Source: an uncultured Spirochaetota bacterium (GTDB lineage Bacteria; Spirochaetota; Brevinematia; Brevinematales; JAOACQ01). From it: DNA of 64,000 nt. The stretch spans positions 256,001 through 320,000 of the forward strand of contig CAWIGG010000005.1 of NCBI GenBank assembly GCA_963835575.1. Direction: 5' to 3'. Numbering within the stretch: the stretch's first letter is position 1; each line of letters starts with the position of its first letter. The position numbers and the translations under genes were made by a program. The notes under the pieces are model-generated. The model was not told the origin of the DNA and made no database searches. It worked only from the letters and a program-made list of their open reading frames with translations. Of the stretch, positions 48,289 through 58,625 are shown piece after piece.

Positions 48289-48443
48289 ATAATGCTCCTT
48301 GAAGGATTTGTTTCAAAAATTATAATTTATTTAACGCCGGGAAGGCAAATATTTAAAGAACAAAATCACAGCAGGATACTTCTGTTATGCGGCCAATTCA
48401 GGCGAAGCAGATATATTTTTCATTTATAAAACGCTCTTTACTA

Positions 48444-48530
48444 TTTCGACAGACTTGTGCTGAGCCTGTCGAAGCATTGCTTCGCACAGAAGTCGGCGGC
48501 AAAGGAGGGGGCATGGCGCTCGCAATGACG
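48444..48530. repeat. degenerate REP-like palindromic repeats
   Basis: TTCGACAG..GTGCTGAGCCTGTCGAAG hairpin followed by TTGCTTCGC...CTCGCAATGAC. Confidence 0.5.
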
Positions 48531-49318
48531 GCTTTTGAGTGGAGTGGCTTTAATTGCTTCTGTATTACAGGGCATAGCCCCATTCCATGCCATTCCGCAC
48601 CCTTCCGTGAAATTCTGTTTCCCCATCGGTCTGTCTTAAAAAGAAAGAATTGTCATTTAAAACAAAGGAAACGAATTGAATCCAAACTCTCATATCTACT
48701 TTTTGTGCTCTTTGTGACCCTTATAAAAAGGAAAACTGTGACAAAATTCACCGTTCAATAATAGTCTCTGTGAACTTTGTGTTTAAAATTGAAGGAAATG
48801 TTTTATAAAAAGTATGTTGTTAATAATCAAGAATTAAAACAAAAAATCCACCCATCTTCGCGTCCATTCGCGTGTATTCGCGGATTATCCCTTTGACTTC
48901 CCCTTATCCGCCTCAAATTCAAGATTGAAGAACCAATGTCCGAAATAGTTTCCGGGGCCGTCTCCGGTAATCACGGTCTGTAACGGCACGGCTGGAAACG
49001 AGGGTATCCATCGGTTTTTTTGTGTTTTTTAATGCCGTGAATTATAATTCTTATTCCCGGTTTTATTTTTATAAAATCAGGGTATATTATAAGAGTAAAA
49101 AACGGTAATTAGAAAATATAAGGTAATAATTAAAAATATTTATTTATGAAAAATGACTGTTATGAACAACCCGATGGGCTTTCTTATCAGATACAGCGCA
49201 CGCTGTCCGTTTTCATTTCAGCGGCAGTTCAATACTGATTATTACCTTTGCATAACGATTAAAAAAAAGACAAAACCCACCCGGATGGTGTTCCGGGGAA
49301 AAAATATAGGAGTTGATT

Positions 49319-51187
49319 ATGAAGAAATATTATGTCATGCTGGCTTTCATCGGAGCGCTGCTGGTTTCCTGCGGTAAGAACCAGCAGATCGATAAAATCA
49401 TTGTAAACGACTTAAAAGAGCAGAAACAGACGGAAATCGTTCTCAAAACCGATACCAGCATCTACCTTAAGCCCAATAATAAATACGAATTCGATATCTT
49501 CCTCAAAGACATCCAATACAATAAAAACTCGTTTCTCCATATACAGAACAGCACCAGCAAAAACATTCTGTTTACCTATCCCATGAGTTCGATGGGCCTG
49601 AACGGCCGGTATACGGCCGACTTTTTCGCGCCGGAAATATATAAGCCGAAGGAATATTTCATATTCTGGGTCGGAGATCTGTCGGATAAACCGGATAATA
49701 ATGTCTATTCCATCGTGATATCCGGTGAAATTTCTACCAATATGCCCCCGGCCGCCGCGACGGAAACCAACGCCGCCAATGTAACTGCGGCGGCTTCGTC
49801 TAAAGCGGCCTCTTCCGCCGCGCCGAAAGAAAAAGCGGCCGTAGAGGAAAAGAACAAGCCGATCCAGGAGAATATTGTTCAGCCGAAAGGCGGATTTTAT
49901 ATCACTTCCGTGTCCTGCATTAATGTCACCAAAGGCGGGACGGAAACAAGCATGTGGAATAACTGCGAATATAATTTCAGAATCGGAGTAGAGAACCCCA
50001 AAGGTGCTATCACGACCCTGACGATTCTCAAAGGCAGCACCAGCTATCTGGATCTCGACCTAGTCAGGAAAAAAGGCTTTTACGTCACCGATGCCCCTCA
50101 TAAATTCCAGCCGGGAAAGTACACGTTCCGCGTCATTGACGAGAATGATATCCAGAGCAAGGGGTATTTTGTCATCTGCAAGCATGTTACCGTGACCCCC
50201 CCGGTCATCGACATCAACACTTCCGACGCATCCATCTTCAACTTTACGAGCGGGAGAAATTACAACTTCCGGTGCAAGATTACCGATCCTTCCGGCGTCA
50301 GCAAGGCGGAGATCAAATTGAGCGACGGGACCAAGGATCAGACGTTAAAACTCGAAAGGAACAGGGACAACTACTGGCAGGCAGACAATATACAGTTTAG
50401 CGACAGCGCAACTTCGGTCAAAGCGACGGTAACCGCCTGGAATATTGATAACGATTCCCCCGGCGACGAAGTACATTCTGTCAAAAGCTTCACCATAAAA
50501 AAATCTTTTTACCTGACGAATAATATCCGGATGATCGCAAACGGCCAGCCGGCCAGGAACATCACGCTGCTGATACAGAGGCAGGGAGTCTCAAAGAACG
50601 AGATCAAAAAAACCGACGATAACGGAGAATTCCTCCTGGCCGGATTGAACGGGGAAAAAATCGATTTCTGGCAGGATACCGACAGCTCGAAGATATTCAG
50701 CGTTAAAATCAAAAAAGACCGGAACAATTTGAAATTCGAACTGAAATCCGAGCCCATCAAGCAGAAATTGACCCTGAATATAACCGTTCTGGATAAGAGC
50801 ATCATAAAAAATCCCTTTAAGCTGAAATTTGACGCCTATATCATCCCGAAGCCCGATAAGATCATTAAATTCAGCGAGGAGACGGTAAGCCAGCTTTCGA
50901 ATGTCTTCAAGTACGAGACGATCATAGACAGCAAACAGATCGCCGATGCTTTATCCGGGAATAAGGCGAAAATCACCGTCAACACCTTTTTCAAGAAACA
51001 GAACGGCGTCCTGTATCAAAACGTAAATTATTCCTGGGCTTACATTGTTACGGTCCAGGGAAACGATAAAATTTCCGTGGAAGGAAATTCCCAGCGCTTC
51101 GGAATAGTCAATTTCCCCATTGAAGCGGTCAATGCCCCGGAAATAACGCTCAATGCCGAAGACTCCGGGATTGAAGATTTGAAATAA
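49319..51187 (+). CDS. multi-domain beta-rich lipoprotein
   Basis: lipobox LLVSC, Ala-rich linker, Ig-like segments (ITDPSGVSKA, VTAWN). Confidence 0.75.
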   Translation: MKKYYVMLAFIGALLVSCGKNQQIDKIIVNDLKEQKQTEIVLKTDTSIYLKPNNKYEFDIFLKDIQYNKNSFLHIQNSTSKNILFTYPMSSMGLNGRYTADFFAPEIYKPKEYFIFWVGDLSDKPDNNVYSIVISGEISTNMPPAAATETNAANVTAAASSKAASSAAPKEKAAVEEKNKPIQENIVQPKGGFYITSVSCINVTKGGTETSMWNNCEYNFRIGVENPKGAITTLTILKGSTSYLDLDLVRKKGFYVTDAPHKFQPGKYTFRVIDENDIQSKGYFVICKHVTVTPPVIDINTSDASIFNFTSGRNYNFRCKITDPSGVSKAEIKLSDGTKDQTLKLERNRDNYWQADNIQFSDSATSVKATVTAWNIDNDSPGDEVHSVKSFTIKKSFYLTNNIRMIANGQPARNITLLIQRQGVSKNEIKKTDDNGEFLLAGLNGEKIDFWQDTDSSKIFSVKIKKDRNNLKFELKSEPIKQKLTLNITVLDKSIIKNPFKLKFDAYIIPKPDKIIKFSEETVSQLSNVFKYETIIDSKQIADALSGNKAKITVNTFFKKQNGVLYQNVNYSWAYIVTVQGNDKISVEGNSQRFGIVNFPIEAVNAPEITLNAEDSGIEDLK

Positions 51188-51209
51188 CGAAGACACAGGT
51201 TTTACATAA

Positions 51210-54200
51210 ATGCTGAAATTTTTGACAGTACTCCTGTTTATGCCGGCGCTTTTGTTTTCCGCCCTGTACGAGAATAGATACTTTCAGGACCGGGAGATAT
51301 GCCTGAACCTGAAATATATCGGATCGAAAAAAACGGCGGAAAACTGGTATCACGCTTTTTACGGGCAGGTAAACGGAGATAACGAATACAAGTACTATCT
51401 CTATATTTTCCGCAATACGGATGCCGAGCCGGTAAAATTCCAGTTGGCCAAGCTGAATTTTATCGAAGAAATCCAGGCGGAAAACTTCGATTTTGCCGTT
51501 TATAATGAAAAAGAAGTCGGTTTCTGCTATAAAACGACAAAAAACAATCTCTATTTTTATACGGAGCTCCGGTTCGGGGATAAAATCAACCAGGATCTTT
51601 TCAAAGAGTACAAAAACAGCAAAGATTCTTTTCTCTATTATTCGCAAAAAGACAATGCCGTCATCAAGACACCGCAGCTTCCGTCCGGCGAGGGTTCTAA
51701 TCCCGGCATATCGTCCAATATCTGCACTGCTTTTAAATACGACTATGACAACAAGGGGCAATTTGTCGTCAAAATAGCCGCAAAAGACAGATATCATATC
51801 ACTTTTATCAAACCGCCGTACCCGTTCTCGTCTTTCGAAGACGGCGGTTCCGTATTTGACGCGTCGGAAAAGAAGCTGCCCGTTTTCGAGAGCATTGAAA
51901 ACGGCCTGACGTACCGGATCGAAGATTATAATTTCCAGAGGATCGGTAATGTCATATCCCGGGAATTTCACAATACGGCGGCCGCCCTTTTCAGTCAGAA
52001 GGAAAATAGGGAACAGGTCCTGACCCGGTTTTTAGATCCAGGCGCGGCATTGGCCTCCATCCCCGATATCAAAGAGACGGTGAAGCGCAATCTGAATTAT
52101 TATTACAATGATTCCAGCGACCTGTTCGTCCCTTACGGAGTTGATCTTTCCCGGTTTGACGCCGGCGATTTTATCGTACATCCTTTCGAAGAGGCGTACC
52201 GCTCCCGGTTCCGTATGCAAAACAATAATAAAGAATTCGATTATTTTCTGGAATTCCAGAAAAATTATAACAACTCCGGCCCGGTTTTCAAATCCGGAAA
52301 AAACGCCGATTACCTGGATTTTTACGCGTACCTGCGGAATTTTTCTTATTCCAGCACGGCTTACTGCACAAACATTAAAACGGTGCAAACCGGTTTCCTC
52401 AGCCACGCGGACGCTGTCATTGAAGACAGTTTCACGAAATTCCATACCCTCCTGTCCGGTTTCGAGAGCGGCCTCGCGGGCCTTGAAAATCTGGAAATCC
52501 GCTGCCGGAATAATTTTTATGACGGCCTTGAGGACGACAGGAATATGGCTTCTTTTTACGACGCCTTGAGAGATAAGATCCCTCAGGTCCTGGCGAATTA
52601 TCAAAATTACCTGAACGGGGTCGAAAACTCCGGCGTTGCCGTTCCGGAAAACATGATAGGGAAGACCAATGCCATAACAGATGATTTCACACAATATTCA
52701 CTCCGGTTACTGTCAGATTATTACGACGGTATCCGGGATAAACTGGCCTCTGAATATTCGTCCCCGGACGAAGGCAGTTTCGATCTCTTGTCGAAAGGGC
52801 CGGAAAATAAAAAGTCCCGGGAACAATACCGGGCCATCGTTTCCAATTCCTACGCTTATATGTCAAAGCATTCTCTATTGAAGGATTCCGCGACCAATTC
52901 CGCCGAAAACGGGGCTTTATTGGATTATCTTGATAACGATAAGGACATCAATGAGTTCTGCCTGAGTAACCAGTTTTATTCCATTGACAGGGAAGAGTTC
53001 ATCAAAGGGCTGGTCCGGAGAAACGTACTGAAAAAAAAATCCGGGGATGCGCCTTTTACGGTCACTTTGAAAATCCGGAATCCGGTCCAATTTTATACCA
53101 ATTATTTTGCTGTCAGCCCTGCCGTTACTGCCCGGGATCTGAGCGCCGAAAAGCCTCAAGCCGCGGCCGATATCCGTTCGTTATTCCCGGATTTTGTCGA
53201 TTATATCAAAAAAGTTTCTCTTTTCTACAATGAAATATCTAAAAACCTGAACCTGAAAAACAAAAATAACAGGACCAACGAAAATAAAATCATCCTGGAA
53301 TTTAAAAGCGGCCTGAAAAGCTATTTTGACATAAAAAACTACTTTCATGAGTATCTTTCAGGGCTCAAAGCAGGCTATACGGACGCCCTCAGGGATTTTT
53401 CAAAAATCAGCGCGGGCAGGAATTATTTCCGGAACGAAATCGGCTTATTGTCCGGCGGCTATAAAGAGTTCAACGCCGGGACCAGGACATTTTTTTACGG
53501 CGGCGATTATCAAATGTTCTTGAATAAGCTCGCCCATGACGCCCTTTTCGAGAGCATTTTCAGCAAATCCGCCGTAAACCTGCGCGGACAAAAAGATTTT
53601 ACCGATTTTGAAACCGGGTATAAAAAAGTATACTCTCAGATGGTCCTTGATTTTAATGATCTGATGAAACAATATAAGTCAATCAGGGGCCGGCTCCCTG
53701 ATTTCAACAGGTATGACATCTGTTTCAGAATAGAAGCAACGGAAGACTGGCCTCAATTATTAACCCGGGATAAGAAAAAAACCATAAAAGAATCCATTGA
53801 AGACAGAATTATCGACATTCTGACCGATACGGACTTCTTAAACGGCTTCCTCGACAGGGACAGCCTCAAGAAAGCTGTCAGGTCGGGACTGACAGGACAG
53901 GGTTCCGGCATCGATCTGTCGGGAATGATGATTTCGGAAGCCGGTCTGAACAGCATCAGCATCAGGATCGGGGACCTGGGATATCATATCAAGGGAAACA
54001 GCCTGGTCTATGAGTTAAAAAGGGTCCGGGCCATAGAAAACAATCTCTGGATGGTTTTTTCAACCGCCACAAAAATCCCGGAATCATTTGTGGATAAAAT
54101 CGATCTGACGAAAACGGACATGCTGAATATTCCGGATTCTTTTAATAAAATGCTGTCGGAAAACAAGCTCGTCCGCGGGGATTATTATGACGATGTCGTC

Positions 54201-54578
54201 ATGCTCTACCCCGGCCGCGTTCTTCTCTACAAGCATGGATCGACCGATAACAGCACAAAATACGATAATAATCTGAAAAGGCTGGCGGTCCTGGACTACA
54301 GCAGCGGAAAATTCATCATCAGGAACGATGAGCCGGCGCAGTTGAATAAGCTGAACGATCTCTTTAACGAAAAAATAGACGCTATTTATTCCTATTACGA
54401 TGAAAAAAAGAAGGAAACGGAATTGATCGTGAATATGAGAAACAATATTTTGTTCCTGAGGTATAATAAAAACGGGTTCGTCCGTTCCAGTCGGGAAGAA
54501 AGCCTGTTAAAAAACAGTTTTATCTTCACGGAAGGGCTGAATAAGTATGTCTTTAAATACAGATTGACGGGATATTAA
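51210..54578 (+). CDS. large secreted hypothetical protein (1122 aa)
   Basis: signal peptide MLKFLTVLLFMPALLFS; long open frame; no recognised motif. Confidence 0.75.
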   Translation: MLKFLTVLLFMPALLFSALYENRYFQDREICLNLKYIGSKKTAENWYHAFYGQVNGDNEYKYYLYIFRNTDAEPVKFQLAKLNFIEEIQAENFDFAVYNEKEVGFCYKTTKNNLYFYTELRFGDKINQDLFKEYKNSKDSFLYYSQKDNAVIKTPQLPSGEGSNPGISSNICTAFKYDYDNKGQFVVKIAAKDRYHITFIKPPYPFSSFEDGGSVFDASEKKLPVFESIENGLTYRIEDYNFQRIGNVISREFHNTAAALFSQKENREQVLTRFLDPGAALASIPDIKETVKRNLNYYYNDSSDLFVPYGVDLSRFDAGDFIVHPFEEAYRSRFRMQNNNKEFDYFLEFQKNYNNSGPVFKSGKNADYLDFYAYLRNFSYSSTAYCTNIKTVQTGFLSHADAVIEDSFTKFHTLLSGFESGLAGLENLEIRCRNNFYDGLEDDRNMASFYDALRDKIPQVLANYQNYLNGVENSGVAVPENMIGKTNAITDDFTQYSLRLLSDYYDGIRDKLASEYSSPDEGSFDLLSKGPENKKSREQYRAIVSNSYAYMSKHSLLKDSATNSAENGALLDYLDNDKDINEFCLSNQFYSIDREEFIKGLVRRNVLKKKSGDAPFTVTLKIRNPVQFYTNYFAVSPAVTARDLSAEKPQAAADIRSLFPDFVDYIKKVSLFYNEISKNLNLKNKNNRTNENKIILEFKSGLKSYFDIKNYFHEYLSGLKAGYTDALRDFSKISAGRNYFRNEIGLLSGGYKEFNAGTRTFFYGGDYQMFLNKLAHDALFESIFSKSAVNLRGQKDFTDFETGYKKVYSQMVLDFNDLMKQYKSIRGRLPDFNRYDICFRIEATEDWPQLLTRDKKKTIKESIEDRIIDILTDTDFLNGFLDRDSLKKAVRSGLTGQGSGIDLSGMMISEAGLNSISIRIGDLGYHIKGNSLVYELKRVRAIENNLWMVFSTATKIPESFVDKIDLTKTDMLNIPDSFNKMLSENKLVRGDYYDDVVMLYPGRVLLYKHGSTDNSTKYDNNLKRLAVLDYSSGKFIIRNDEPAQLNKLNDLFNEKIDAIYSYYDEKKKETELIVNMRNNILFLRYNKNGFVRSSREESLLKNSFIFTEGLNKYVFKYRLTGY

Positions 54579-54594
54579 AAAAAGGGAGGAATTT

Positions 54595-56457
54595 ATGATA
54601 ATCAGAAGATTTTGTCTCATATTAACGCTTGCGCTCATATTCGGCGCGCAGGTTTTCGGAAGTACTTTCAGGTTTAATATCGACAATAATTCCCCCAGGC
54701 TGGAACCGGTCACCGGCCTGAAAGGGGACGATCAGGACAGGGATTTGTTCATGTTCCATATTCTGCTCTATTCTCCCCTGTTTGCCCAGCTGCAGGACCC
54801 GACATACAACCAGCTCTATAATGTGGACGCGAAATACGGCCTCGCCAAATCGAATTCGATAGAGGCGGTCCTGGAAAAAGGGTCCAAGATCATCGACATC
54901 AACAATACCAAGGCCCAGAGCATCAAAAGCGATACTTTTATCATTGATTTGAAAGAGGGCGTCAAATGGCATGACGGCCGCGATTTTAACGCCGACGATG
55001 TGGTATTCACCTACCGGGTGGTCAAAGGCACCCTTCACAAGCCCAGCGCCATCGACGAGATCAACACTTACCTGAAGTTCAAGACCCTGAACGTGGAAAA
55101 CATCGAAAAGGTAAGCGATTATCAGATCAAGGTCACGACAAAGGAAAAGCTGTCCGTGTACGATCTGGCCAGAATGCTTTCGTTCATGTACATCATTCCC
55201 TGGCATATGTTCATCGACGATCCGAAGTCCATGAGGGAAAGCTACGATTTCAACGATGAAAACGACCAGGCCATTTACAACAGAAAGAGGAATTTTGAAA
55301 ACCGGCCGGTCGGGACCGGGCCTTTTGTTTACATAGAAAAAAAACTGCCGGACGGCTATACCGTCGTCCATTACCTGGAGCTCAACCAGGATTACTCGAA
55401 GATATCGCCCGGGCTGACCAATTACTCCGGACAGATTTCCAAACTGGAAATCAACCAGCTGGCCCAGGACCCGCTCATTAAAATTAACCTGCTCATGACC
55501 GGCAAACTCGACGTGGCTTTCAACATCATACCGAACAGCAAGCTGGTGGAAACGCTCAACGACCCCAATTCGAAGGTTTACAATAAAATATCCTATATGA
55601 AAATGCCGTTCCCGGAGAAGATGTACGCGCTGATTTACAATCTCAGCCTCAAAGACAGCAGCGGCGGAACGAAATACAATAAGGATACCCGCCAGTTTTT
55701 CAGAAACGCCCTCGACTTCAATGATTTTAAAAGCCAGATTTTCACCACGAAGCAGGGACCGATCGACGTGCTTTTCAAGCCCATTTTCTCCCCCTATCTG
55801 GTCAATAAATTCAACACATCCTCGGGAGAAAAGGACATCAGCCAGATCCTGCTTCCGTTTGACAAGGAAAAATACAAAGGAAAAGTGAATGAGGCCATGT
55901 TTGAGTCCAAATTAAAGGCCGATTTCAACAAAATCATTAAAAAGCGCCTGAACAACGTGCGGATCACGGTGCAGGGCATCGACTCGAAGGAGAACAACCT
56001 GGATTTCCAGCTGGCCAACATCTATCAGGAGCATTTGAATTCCATCGGCCTTGGAAATATCTCCATCGTCAATATTCCCGATACCAGGGAATTCCGGCAG
56101 GATCTCATCGAAAAGAAGTTTGATATGGCCATTTATTCCTGGCGTTATTCGCTCAATATCTACAGGGACTTTTATTACACCAGGAACAAATCCGTCCTTC
56201 CGACGACATTGTCCAATTTGAGCCATATCAACAAGAATATCGTCGATGTGATTTCCTCTTTCGATAAAATCGACGCCGATACCGCTTTGTGGAACATTAC
56301 GTACAATTTTTACAACGAGGAAGTCTGGGGATGGTTCTTCTGCATCGGCGTCAACACCTATTACAGGAAAGACGTCATGGAGAATTTCAATATTCAGACC
56401 GAGTTCAACCAGAACCCGGCCATCTGGCTGAGGCAGGAAGTCACTTCCGGCGATTAA
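54595..56457 (+). CDS. family 5 (OppA/DppA-like) ABC substrate-binding protein
   Basis: LKEGVKWHDGRDFNADDVVFTY and RPVGTGPF signatures. Confidence 0.88.
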   Translation: MIIRRFCLILTLALIFGAQVFGSTFRFNIDNNSPRLEPVTGLKGDDQDRDLFMFHILLYSPLFAQLQDPTYNQLYNVDAKYGLAKSNSIEAVLEKGSKIIDINNTKAQSIKSDTFIIDLKEGVKWHDGRDFNADDVVFTYRVVKGTLHKPSAIDEINTYLKFKTLNVENIEKVSDYQIKVTTKEKLSVYDLARMLSFMYIIPWHMFIDDPKSMRESYDFNDENDQAIYNRKRNFENRPVGTGPFVYIEKKLPDGYTVVHYLELNQDYSKISPGLTNYSGQISKLEINQLAQDPLIKINLLMTGKLDVAFNIIPNSKLVETLNDPNSKVYNKISYMKMPFPEKMYALIYNLSLKDSSGGTKYNKDTRQFFRNALDFNDFKSQIFTTKQGPIDVLFKPIFSPYLVNKFNTSSGEKDISQILLPFDKEKYKGKVNEAMFESKLKADFNKIIKKRLNNVRITVQGIDSKENNLDFQLANIYQEHLNSIGLGNISIVNIPDTREFRQDLIEKKFDMAIYSWRYSLNIYRDFYYTRNKSVLPTTLSNLSHINKNIVDVISSFDKIDADTALWNITYNFYNEEVWGWFFCIGVNTYYRKDVMENFNIQTEFNQNPAIWLRQEVTSGD

Positions 56458-56497
56458 CGCCCTGCCCCAAAACGGAATGAAAAAACGATTGACCTTC

Positions 56498-56528
56498 GCC
56501 CCCTTCTCCTCGGACGGGGAAGGGGGGT
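56498..56528. repeat. GC-rich intergenic hairpin between the SBP and permease genes
   Basis: CCCCTTCTCC-tcggac-GGGGAAGGGG. Confidence 0.5.
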
Positions 56529-56562
56529 TAGAAGGATAAGACAAAAAATATTTGGAGAACAT

Positions 56563-57489
56563 ATGGCAATTCGGGAAGAAAGCAATAAATCCGTCATATT
56601 CCGGTGGCTCTTTTTATATTCAGTATTCTATTTTTTCTGTCTCGCCTTTTTTACCTTCCTGTTCTATTTGTTCGCTGACATGTTCAACCACAAAGCGTTT
56701 GTTTTTTCGGCTTTTGTAGGGGATTATTTCAAGTCCTGGGCCATCAGCATCCATGAGATCATAAAATACGACCAGTCCATTCTGACGGCTTTCGTCAATT
56801 CCATACGTTTTTTCTCGGAGAGTTATCTCATCATATTCCTGATATCCCTTCTTCTGCCGCTTTTGAAAATATCCATCAAATATCATTTTATCAGCAATCC
56901 TTTTGTCAAGCTGTTTTTAAAAGGGTTTTACCTGATCGTGATAGTCCTGTCTTTTTTACCCTTTGTCTTTACCGGTTCGCTTATTGTTTTCAACAGCGAT
57001 CTGTCATTTTTGAATATTTTTGTGGTCGTTTTCGGGATCGGCATCCTCAATTCGATCCTGCACCAGATGGAAATAAAATTCGAGGATGATTTCATTAACG
57101 AAGGTTTTGTCGATTATATGGATATCGAGGGGTATTCGTTCCTCACCATCGGCTATATGATCGTCAGGAACAATATATCCTTTCTCATCAACCTGCTCTC
57201 CAAAAACCTGGCCATCCTCATATCCATCAGTATTTTTATTGAAATGACCATCCGCGGAAACGCCGGGCTGGGACCGTCCCTCCTCCGGAATATAGAGATT
57301 TTATTCAACAGGCCGTCGGAATTTTATATGGCTCTGGGCAATATTTTTATATTGTTTTTATGCATCCTGGTCATCTCTTATATTATGCAGATACTTTCCT
57401 TCATCATCTGCTTCAATTTTGACAATAAGTACGCGAAAACCATCAAGAACAGCCTGGAAAGCATTAAAATAAAAAAGGGAATTTCATGA
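56563..57489 (+). CDS. divergent OppB-like permease
   Basis: ~6 TM, degenerate EAA loop (FVDYMDIEGYS), IFIEM..GLG. Confidence 0.6.
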   Translation: MAIREESNKSVIFRWLFLYSVFYFFCLAFFTFLFYLFADMFNHKAFVFSAFVGDYFKSWAISIHEIIKYDQSILTAFVNSIRFFSESYLIIFLISLLLPLLKISIKYHFISNPFVKLFLKGFYLIVIVLSFLPFVFTGSLIVFNSDLSFLNIFVVVFGIGILNSILHQMEIKFEDDFINEGFVDYMDIEGYSFLTIGYMIVRNNISFLINLLSKNLAILISISIFIEMTIRGNAGLGPSLLRNIEILFNRPSEFYMALGNIFILFLCILVISYIMQILSFIICFNFDNKYAKTIKNSLESIKIKKGIS

Positions 57490-58625
57490 AAAACATCAAA
57501 ACCGTCCTGCATATCCTGACGCTCGTCTTCCTGTATCTTGTGCTGATCGTCATTCCGCTGGGGGATAATATAACCGGGTATAATGATCTGAAGAGGGAAG
57601 CCCTGTTATTCCGGAAGGACATGGATGATCTCAGCAAAAAGGGGATCTTGACGGTCGAGAACCAGGGCCTCTTCAGCGTCTATCACACGAAAATGACCGT
57701 TCATCTCACCTGCGGCGCCACCAATAACGGAAGCCGGTCACAGTGCCGGAAATGCGGGCTCCCCATCAACAGCCCTTATGAAACATCCGCAGACGAAGCG
57801 AAAATAGACTATAGTTTCAAGGAGCTCAACCTGGGCGTCATCAATAACCGGGACGGCGTCCGCACCGTGTATTCGGAATTGATTTATTCCATCCCGACCC
57901 TGCTAATTTACATATTCAGCGTTTTGATCATCTCGCTTTTAACCATGGCGATCACTTCCATTTATACCATCAATAAAATCGTCACCAAGAAATACAAGAA
58001 GGACAAATCGTCCCCCGGTTATTTCCTGATCAGGCTGGTCAATATCGTTTTCAGGGCCGGTTATGAAATGCTGATCGTGGTGCCTTCCATTCTGACCATT
58101 CTGCTGATCGTGGTCGGCATAAAAGGCTCTTCCATGCAGGACGATTATACCGTCTATTTTCTCTCCTTCGGCATCGCGTTCATCGTCAACTCGGAATTTT
58201 ATTTCTGGCTGAAGCAGAGAATGGAAAATTCCATCCACAAGGAAGACGTGAATTTCCTCCAGGTGATCGGCTATTCCAAATTCCAGATCGCAAAATATAT
58301 CCTGGGAAGATACTGCCTGCTCGGGATCATTTCCAGGGTCTCGTACGCCGTCATCACCGCCTTTATCCTGGAAAGCGGATTATGGTACCTGCGGGAAACC
58401 GGGAACCTCAACAGCCTTTCCCTCTACCCGCATTCCATCGGCAAACTGCTGACGCAGATCATACGGTACATCGGACTGCAGTCCGGAACGGGCTTTATCA
58501 TCACCAAAGAGCTGATTTTCATCATCCTCTATTATTTCCTTCTATTCCTGGCGCTCTTTTTGACAGGCCTCTTGATGATCAATCAGATTAAAAAAAAGAG
58601 GGGATTGTATGAATCTCAATATTGA
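57486..58625 (+). CDS. divergent OppC-like permease with inserted Zn-ribbon-like loop
   Basis: LG..RDG, VPSIL, degenerate EAA loop (DVNFLQVIGYS), ILESGL..L, SIGKLL; HLTCG..CRKCG. Confidence 0.6.
   Translation: MKNIKTVLHILTLVFLYLVLIVIPLGDNITGYNDLKREALLFRKDMDDLSKKGILTVENQGLFSVYHTKMTVHLTCGATNNGSRSQCRKCGLPINSPYETSADEAKIDYSFKELNLGVINNRDGVRTVYSELIYSIPTLLIYIFSVLIISLLTMAITSIYTINKIVTKKYKKDKSSPGYFLIRLVNIVFRAGYEMLIVVPSILTILLIVVGIKGSSMQDDYTVYFLSFGIAFIVNSEFYFWLKQRMENSIHKEDVNFLQVIGYSKFQIAKYILGRYCLLGIISRVSYAVITAFILESGLWYLRETGNLNSLSLYPHSIGKLLTQIIRYIGLQSGTGFIITKELIFIILYYFLLFLALFLTGLLMINQIKKKRGLYESQY

Larger units (their letters stand above)
47533..48887. repeat. pair of degenerate ~125-bp direct repeats (47533-47657, 48765-48887) ending in 10-nt tandem TTCGCG units
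   Basis: both start TCTCTGTGAACT and end (C/A)TTCGCG.. x3 CGGATTA. Confidence 0.6.

Noticed and set aside
48387..48761. 124-aa plus-strand ORF and its antisense ORFs
   Set aside because: Translation of repeat DNA (CAEPVEA), likely spurious
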